Assembly: GCA_030150305.1 (NCBI GenBank) | Contig: JASLGD010000567.1 | Coordinates: 1 to 32,957 of the forward strand | Reading direction: 5' to 3' | From: Caldimonas sp. | Lineage (GTDB): Bacteria; Pseudomonadota; Gammaproteobacteria; Burkholderiales; Burkholderiaceae_C | DNA: 32,957 bases | Shown here: in pieces, positions 27,149 to 32,957 of the stretch | How positions within the stretch are numbered: position 1 is the first letter of the stretch | Layout of the letters: each line of letters starts with the position of its first letter | Program-made: the position numbers and the translations under genes | Notes under the pieces: generated by a model | What the model saw: the letters and a program-made list of their open reading frames with translations, nothing else | What the model was told of the DNA's origin: nothing | Database searches by the model: none

Positions 27149-29770
27149 ATGAAGGCCGATTTCGCTCCCCGCGACGTCGAACAGGCAGCGCAACGCGCCT
27201 GGGCTGCCGCCGACGCGTATCGCGTCCGCGAGGACCCGGCCCGGCCAAAGTACTACGCGTGCTCGATGCTGCCCTACCCGAGCGGCCGGCTGCACATGGG
27301 GCACGTGCGCAACTACACGATCAACGACATGCTGGCGCGCCACCTGCGCATGACCGGCATGAACGTGCTGATGCCGATGGGCTGGGACGCGTTCGGCTTG
27401 CCCGCCGAGAACGCCGCGATCAAGAACAACGTGCCGCCGGCGCGCTGGACGCGCGAGAACATCGCCGCGATGAAGGGCCAGATGCAGGCGCTCGGCCTGG
27501 CGATCGACTGGAGCCGCGAGATCGCGACCTGCGACCCGTCGTACTACCGCTGGAACCAGTGGCTGTTCCTGAAGATGCTGCAGGCGGGAATCGCCGAGCG
27601 GCGCACCCAGGTCGTCAACTGGGATCCTGTCGACCAGACCGTGCTCGCCAACGAGCAGGTGATCGAGGGCCGCGGCTGGCGCTCGGGCGCGCTCGTCGAG
27701 AAGCGCGAGATCCCGGGCTACTACCTGAAGATCACGCAGTACGCCGAAGAGCTGCTCGAGTGCGTCAAGACCGGCCTGCCCGGCTGGCCCGAGCGCGTCA
27801 AGGTGATGCAGGAGCACTGGCTCGGCAAGAGCGAGGGCGTTCGCTTCGCGTTCCTGCACAACATCCACGACCACGACGGCAAGCTGATCGGCGGCGGCCG
27901 GCTCTACGTCTTCACGACGCGTGCCGACACGATCATGGGCGTCACGTTCTGCGCGGTCGCGCCCGAGCATCCGCTCGCGCTGCACGCCGCCGAGCGCAAT
28001 CCCGAGGTCGCCGCCTTCATCGAGTCGTGCAAGCTCGGCGGCACGACCGAGGCCGAGCTCGCGACGCAGCAAAAGCGCGGCATCGACACCGGCCTCTTCG
28101 TCGAGCACCCGCTCAGCCACGAGCAGATCCCGCTCTGGATCGGCAACTACGTGCTGATGGGCTACGGCGACGGCGCAGTGATGGGCGTGCCGGCGCACGA
28201 CGAGCGCGACTTCGAGTTCGCGCGCCAGTACGGCATCGACATGCTGCAGGTGATCCACGTCGACGGCGAGGAGTTCTCGTACGAGCGCTGGCAGGACTGG
28301 TACGCCGACACGACGTGCAGCGTCACCGTCAACTCCGACATCTACAGCGGCATGACGTACGACGTCGCGGTCGACGCGGTCGCGGCGGCGCTCGCGCACC
28401 GCGGCCTCGGCGGCAAGCAGACGACGTGGCGGCTGCGCGACTGGGGCATCAGCCGGCAGCGCTACTGGGGAACGCCGATCCCGATCATCCACTGCGACGC
28501 GTGCGGCGTCGTTCCGGTGCCGGAGAATGACCTGCCGGTCGTGCTGCCCGAGGACCTGATCCCCGACGGCTCGGGCAATCCGCTCGTCAGGAACCATGGC
28601 TTCATCGACGTCGCGTGTCCGAAGTGTCGCCGCCCGGCGCGCCGCGAGACCGACACGATGGACACCTTCGTCGACAGCGCGTGGTACTTCATGCGCTATT
28701 GCGACCCGCATCTCGAGGACGCGATGGTCGGCGCGGGCACGAAGTACTGGATGCCGATGGACCAGTACATCGGCGGGATCGAGCACGCGATCCTGCACCT
28801 GCTCTACGCGCGCTTCTGGACCAAGGCGATGCGCGACATGAAGCTGGTCTCGATCGACGAGCCGTTCACGAGGCTGCTCACGCAGGGGATGGTGCTCAAC
28901 CACGTCTGGGCGCGCGAAACCCCTCAGGGCGGCATCGAGTACTTCCCGCCGGACGAGGTCACACCCGTCGAAGAAAAAAGCGGCCCCAGCGGGGCCGGCC
29001 GCCTCGCGGACGGCACCCAGGTCTCCTACCGCGGCATGCTCAAGATGGGCAAGACCGAGCGCAACGGCGTCGACCCGCAGGAGCTGATCGACCGCTACGG
29101 CGCCGACACCGCGCGGCTCTTCGTCATGTTCGCGTCGCCGCCCGAGCAGACGCTCGAGTGGAACAACGCCGGCGTGGAAGGCGCGCACCGGTTCCTGCGC
29201 CGGCTCTGGAAGTTCGCCGCCAAGAACGCCGAGGCGATCGACGCGCCGGCGGCGCGCAAGCCCGCGCGCGGCGCCGCGCCGGCGCTGCGCCACGAGGTGC
29301 ACTCGGTGCTGCGCCAGGTCAGCTACGACTACGAGCGGATGCAATACAACACCGTCGTCTCGGGCGCGATGAAGCTGCTCAACGCGCTCGAGGCGCACGC
29401 CGGCGGCGACGCGGTCGCGCCGGCGGCGCTGCGCGAGGGCACCGCGATCCTGCTGCGCGTCCTCTACCCCGTCTGCCCGCACACGACGTGGGCGCTCTGG
29501 AGCGAGCTCGGGCTCGCCAGCGAGCACGGCGAGCTGCTCGACGCGCCCTGGCCGGTGGTCGACGAGGCGGCGCTCGTGCAGGAAGAGATCGAGCTCGTGC
29601 TGCAGATCAACGGCAAGCTGCGTGGGTCGCTGCGCGTTCCTGCCGGCGCCGACAAGGCGGCGATCGAGAAGGCGGCGCTCGCGGCGCCCGAGCTCGCCAA
29701 GCACGGCGAAGGCCGCGAGGTGAAACGCGTCGTCGTCATCCCCGGCCGTCTCGTCAACATCGTCGTCTAG
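27149..29770 (+). CDS. leuS: Leucine--tRNA ligase
   Basis: [11 protein letters not shown] (HIGH motif), editing domain FTTRADT / [24 protein letters not shown]; followed by lptE-holA. Confidence 0.98.
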   Translation: MKADFAPRDVEQAAQRAWAAADAYRVREDPARPKYYACSMLPYPSGRLHMGHVRNYTINDMLARHLRMTGMNVLMPMGWDAFGLPAENAAIKNNVPPARWTRENIAAMKGQMQALGLAIDWSREIATCDPSYYRWNQWLFLKMLQAGIAERRTQVVNWDPVDQTVLANEQVIEGRGWRSGALVEKREIPGYYLKITQYAEELLECVKTGLPGWPERVKVMQEHWLGKSEGVRFAFLHNIHDHDGKLIGGGRLYVFTTRADTIMGVTFCAVAPEHPLALHAAERNPEVAAFIESCKLGGTTEAELATQQKRGIDTGLFVEHPLSHEQIPLWIGNYVLMGYGDGAVMGVPAHDERDFEFARQYGIDMLQVIHVDGEEFSYERWQDWYADTTCSVTVNSDIYSGMTYDVAVDAVAAALAHRGLGGKQTTWRLRDWGISRQRYWGTPIPIIHCDACGVVPVPENDLPVVLPEDLIPDGSGNPLVRNHGFIDVACPKCRRPARRETDTMDTFVDSAWYFMRYCDPHLEDAMVGAGTKYWMPMDQYIGGIEHAILHLLYARFWTKAMRDMKLVSIDEPFTRLLTQGMVLNHVWARETPQGGIEYFPPDEVTPVEEKSGPSGAGRLADGTQVSYRGMLKMGKTERNGVDPQELIDRYGADTARLFVMFASPPEQTLEWNNAGVEGAHRFLRRLWKFAAKNAEAIDAPAARKPARGAAPALRHEVHSVLRQVSYDYERMQYNTVVSGAMKLLNALEAHAGGDAVAPAALREGTAILLRVLYPVCPHTTWALWSELGLASEHGELLDAPWPVVDEAALVQEEIELVLQINGKLRGSLRVPAGADKAAIEKAALAAPELAKHGEGREVKRVVVIPGRLVNIVV

Positions 29771-29789
29771 CGCCGGAGACCGACCGACG

Positions 29790-30275
29790 ATGCGACGACG
29801 CTTCCTGCTCGCCGCCGCAATCGCTCTCGGGGGCTGCGGCTTCGAGCTGAAGCGCCCGCCGGCGCTCAACTTCGGCAAGATCCAGCTCTCCGGCTTCGCG
29901 CCGCGCTCGCCGCTGGGCGCCGAGCTGAAGTCGAGCATCGACGCGAGCACGACGACGCGCGTCGTCGAGGCCGGGCAGGGCGCCCAGGCGGTGCTGCAGG
30001 CGATCACCGAGTCGCGCGAGAAGGTCGTCGTCGCGCAGACCGCTGCGGCCCAGATCCGCGAGTTCGAGCTGCGCCTCAGGTTCGGCTTTCGCGTCGTCGA
30101 TGCGACCGGCAAGGTGCTGATCCCCGACAGCGAGATCCTGCTGACGCGCTCGCTCACCTACACCGAGACCGCGGCGCTCGGCAAGGAACAGGAAGAGGCG
30201 TTCCTGTACCGCGCCATGCAGGGCGACATCGTGTCGCAGGTGCTGCGCCGGCTGGCGTCGGTGCGGCCGGTCTAG
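29790..30275 (+). CDS. lptE: LPS assembly lipoprotein LptE
   Basis: Lipobox LGGCGF, KEQEEAFLYRAM...LRRL; conserved leuS-lptE-holA order. Confidence 0.92.
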   Translation: MRRRFLLAAAIALGGCGFELKRPPALNFGKIQLSGFAPRSPLGAELKSSIDASTTTRVVEAGQGAQAVLQAITESREKVVVAQTAAAQIREFELRLRFGFRVVDATGKVLIPDSEILLTRSLTYTETAALGKEQEEAFLYRAMQGDIVSQVLRRLASVRPV

Positions 30276-30282
30276 GAGCTCC

Positions 30283-31371
30283 ATGCAGATTTCGCTCGAT
30301 CGTCTCGACGCGCAGCTCAAGCGCGAGCTGCGCCCGGTCTACACCGTCTGGGGCGACGAGCCGCTGCTCGCGCAGGAAGCGGCGGACGCGATCCGCGCGG
30401 CGGCGCGCGCCGCCGGTTGCAGCGAGCGCCAGGTGCACACGGTGCAAGGCGCGCACTTCGACTGGAGCGGCCTGCTCGGCGCGTCGCAGGCGCTCAGCCT
30501 GTTCGCCGACCGCCAGTTGATCGAGATCCGCATCCCATCGGGCAAGCCGGGCAAGGACGGCTCCGAAGCGCTGCAGCGGTATTGCGAGCTCGCCGGCGAC
30601 GGCCGCGACGTCATCACCCTCGTCACGCTGCCGCGGCTCGATCGCGCGCAGCAGTCGAGCGCGTGGTTCGCCGCGCTCGACGGCGCCGGCGTCGCCGTGC
30701 GCATCGATCCCGTCGAGCGGCAGGCGCTGCCGCGCTGGATCGCCGAGCGCCTCGCTGCGCAGGGCCAGCACGTCGCCGCCGGCGCCGAAGGCCAGCGCGC
30801 GCTCGCGTTCTTCGCCGACCGCGTCGAGGGCAACCTGCTCGCGGCGCACCAGGAGATCCAGAAGCTCGCGCTGCTCTATCCGCCGGGCGAGATCGCGTTC
30901 GAGCAGATCGAGACCGCCGTCCTCAACGTCGCGCGCTACGACGTGTTCCGACTCGGCGAGGCGGTCCTTGCCGGTCAGGCGGCGCGCGCGCTGCGCATGC
31001 TCGACGGCCTGCAGAGCGCGGGCGAGGCCGCGGTGCTCGTGCACTGGACGATCGCCGAGGACATCCGCGGCCTGAAGCGCGTCAAGGATGCGCTCGCCGC
31101 CGGCCGGCCGCTGCCGCTCGCGCTGCGCGAAGCGCGCGTGTGGGGCGCGAAGGAGCGCGTCTTCGAGCGCGCGGTGACGCTGATCGGCGAGTCGGCGATC
31201 GCGCATCTCCTCGACGCGGCGCACGTCTGCGACGGCTTGGTGAAGGGGATCAAGCATCCCGACTGGCCGCTCGATCCGTGGGAAGGGTTGAAGCGGCTCG
31301 TGCTCATGCTCGCCGAGGAGACCGCGCGCGTCGGCGCGAAGCCGATCGCCCGCATGGCGCTCACCGCCTAG
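30283..31371 (+). CDS. holA: DNA polymerase III delta subunit
   Basis: VWGDEPLL, SLFADR, GKPG, VEGNLLAAHQEIQKL; AGGAG RBS. Confidence 0.96.
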   Translation: MQISLDRLDAQLKRELRPVYTVWGDEPLLAQEAADAIRAAARAAGCSERQVHTVQGAHFDWSGLLGASQALSLFADRQLIEIRIPSGKPGKDGSEALQRYCELAGDGRDVITLVTLPRLDRAQQSSAWFAALDGAGVAVRIDPVERQALPRWIAERLAAQGQHVAAGAEGQRALAFFADRVEGNLLAAHQEIQKLALLYPPGEIAFEQIETAVLNVARYDVFRLGEAVLAGQAARALRMLDGLQSAGEAAVLVHWTIAEDIRGLKRVKDALAAGRPLPLALREARVWGAKERVFERAVTLIGESAIAHLLDAAHVCDGLVKGIKHPDWPLDPWEGLKRLVLMLAEETARVGAKPIARMALTA

Positions 31372-31871
31372 GCCGGCGGCGACGTCTCGACGCGCGCAAG
31401 CAGCAGCTCGAGCGCTCGAACGACCGACTGCGCGCGCACCGCGGCGCGATCGCCGTGCGCCTGCAGCAGCACGGCAGCGGCCGCGCTGCCGCGCGCGCAG
31501 GTCGCGATCCAGACGGTGCCGACCGGCTTGGCGGCGCTGCCGCCGTCGGGACCGGCGATGCCCGTGACCGCGACGGCGAACGTCGCCGGCGTGCGCGCGA
31601 CGGCGCCTTCGGCCATCGCGCGTGCGACCTCGGCGCTCACCGCGCCGTGCGCCGCGATCAGCGCAGCGGGAACGCCGAGGAGCTCGGTCTTCGCGGCGTT
31701 CGAGTAGGTGACGACGCCGCGCTCGAACCACGCACTCGAGCCCGGGCGCGCCGTGCACGCAGCGGCGACGAGCCCGCCGGTGCACGACTCCGCCGCCGCC
31801 ATCGTCGCGCGGCGCGCGACGAGCGCATCGGCGAGGCGCGCGACCAACGCGCTGGCGTCGGCGTCGCTCAC
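31368..31871 (-). CDS. pncC: CinA C-terminal domain protein (NMN deamidase PncC-like)
   Basis: AESCTGG, GSSAWF, TYSN, GAVS, TGIAGPDGG..KPVGTV; GTG at 31871 overlaps the pgpA stop. Confidence 0.9.
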   Translation of the reverse strand: MSDADASALVARLADALVARRATMAAAESCTGGLVAAACTARPGSSAWFERGVVTYSNAAKTELLGVPAALIAAHGAVSAEVARAMAEGAVARTPATFAVAVTGIAGPDGGSAAKPVGTVWIATCARGSAAAAVLLQAHGDRAAVRAQSVVRALELLLARVETSPPA

Positions 31872-32416
31872 ACGAATCGCCAGACTGCGATGACGACCAG
31901 CGTGCAGAGCGCAGCGACGAGGTCGTCGAAGAGGATGCCGAAGCCTTGCGCCCAGCCGATCGGCGCGCTGCGGCGGCCCTTGAAGCGCTGGTCGGCCCAC
32001 GCGACCGGACCGGGCTTGGCCGCGTCGAAGATGCGAAAGAGGACGAACGCCGCCGTCTGCGCGAGCCACGACGCCGGCGTCACGAGCCAGAGGACGAGCC
32101 AGAACGCGAGCACCTCGTCCCACACGACGGCGGACGGATCGGTCTGATCGAGATGGCGCGCGCTCACCGTGCACGCCCACCAGCCGATCGCGAACCCGAG
32201 CCCGAGGACGAGCGCCATCGCGGCGTCGCCGACGCGAGCGAGCAAGAGGTCGTAGGTGATCCAGGCGAAGAGCGTCCCCGAGGTTCCGGCCGCCATCGGC
32301 GCGAGCCCGCTGCCGAAGCCGAGCGCGATCGCGTGCGCCGGATGCGCAACGACGAAGCGCCAGTTCGGCCGCCGGCCGACGCCGGCGAGCGGACGGTGCA
32401 ACGCTGGCTCTGCCAT
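31868..32416 (-). CDS. pgpA: Phosphatidylglycerophosphatase A
   Basis: GFGSGL, GTSGT, DPSAVVWDEV, FRIFDAAKP, GILFDD; ATG at 32416. Confidence 0.94.
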   Translation of the reverse strand: MAEPALHRPLAGVGRRPNWRFVVAHPAHAIALGFGSGLAPMAAGTSGTLFAWITYDLLLARVGDAAMALVLGLGFAIGWWACTVSARHLDQTDPSAVVWDEVLAFWLVLWLVTPASWLAQTAAFVLFRIFDAAKPGPVAWADQRFKGRRSAPIGWAQGFGILFDDLVAALCTLVVIAVWRFV

Positions 32417-32426
32417 GGCGCGTTGG

Positions 32427-32957
32427 TCAGCCGCTGCGGAAGTGGTCGAACGACGCGAAGCTGCTGTCGACCGCGGCGCCGTCGCGGTCGACGAGTCGCA
32501 CCGCGTCGCCCGCCTCGATGCGGCCGACGCGCGTGACCGCGACGCCGGCGCCGGCAGCGGCCGCGACGACGGCGTCGCGGCGCGACGGCAGCGCCGTGAA
32601 GACGAGCTCGTAGTCGTCGCCACCGGCAAGCACGCACTGGCGCTGCAGGGCAAGCGCCTGCGCCGCGAGCACGGCGCTGCGCGGCAGCGCGTCGGCATCG
32701 ACCACCGCGCCGACTCCCGAACGGCGCAGGATGTGGCCGAGGTCGCCCAGGAATCCGTCGGAGACGTCGATCGCGCTCGTCGCGATCCCGCGCAGGCGGA
32801 TGCCGAGGCCATTGCGCGGCGTCGGCGTCTCCATCGCCTGGCGCGTCTGGCGAAACGCCGGCTCGGGAAGCGAGACGGTGCCGCGAAACGCCTCGAGCGC
32901 GAGCCGCGCATCGCCGAGCGTTCCGCTCACGTAGAGGTCGTCGCCCGGACGCGCGCC
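32427..32957 (-). CDS. thiL: Thiamine-phosphate kinase, C-terminal part (5' end outside window)
   Basis: ARPGDDLYVSGTLGDA, AIDVSDG, GGDDYELVFT, FDHF; thiL-pgpA-cinA order. Confidence 0.95.
   Translation of the reverse strand, partial: GARPGDDLYVSGTLGDARLALEAFRGTVSLPEPAFRQTRQAMETPTPRNGLGIRLRGIATSAIDVSDGFLGDLGHILRRSGVGAVVDADALPRSAVLAAQALALQRQCVLAGGDDYELVFTALPSRRDAVVAAAAGAGVAVTRVGRIEAGDAVRLVDRDGAAVDSSFASFDHFRSG

Overview
This is a very GC-rich, gene-dense stretch of core chromosome. Gene content and order point to a Betaproteobacterium (Burkholderiales, Rubrivivax/Caldimonas-like); this is inference, not a database result. Gene order: AI-2E transporter (5' truncated) -> <- DUF3999-like, DUF2339, TolB-like beta-propeller, Nit-type amidase, yhdP | glnE, rhombosortase-like rhomboid, EamA transporter, membrane-anchored Bro-N-like protein -> <- rfaE2 | GST, candidate sRNA, FAD oxidoreductase -> <- corA | hpf, ptsN, hprK -> <- fur | bamE, dapB, exbB, exbD -> <- exported ATP-dependent DNA ligase | leuS, lptE, holA -> <- cinA/pncC, pgpA, thiL (truncated). 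I saw no transposase, integrase, phage module, CRISPR array, tRNA or rRNA. Best leads: (1) an unannotated ~165-nt candidate sRNA behind a sigmaE-type promoter, with a CCUCCUCCC anti-Shine-Dalgarno loop; (2) a membrane-tethered Bro-N-like protein in the same apparent operon as a rhomboid protease; (3) two diverged copies of a 66-bp intergenic repeat; (4) a signal-peptide-bearing Lig E-type ligase; (5) LeuRS with KMGKT in place of KMSKS. All family calls come from reading motifs by eye; no searches were run.
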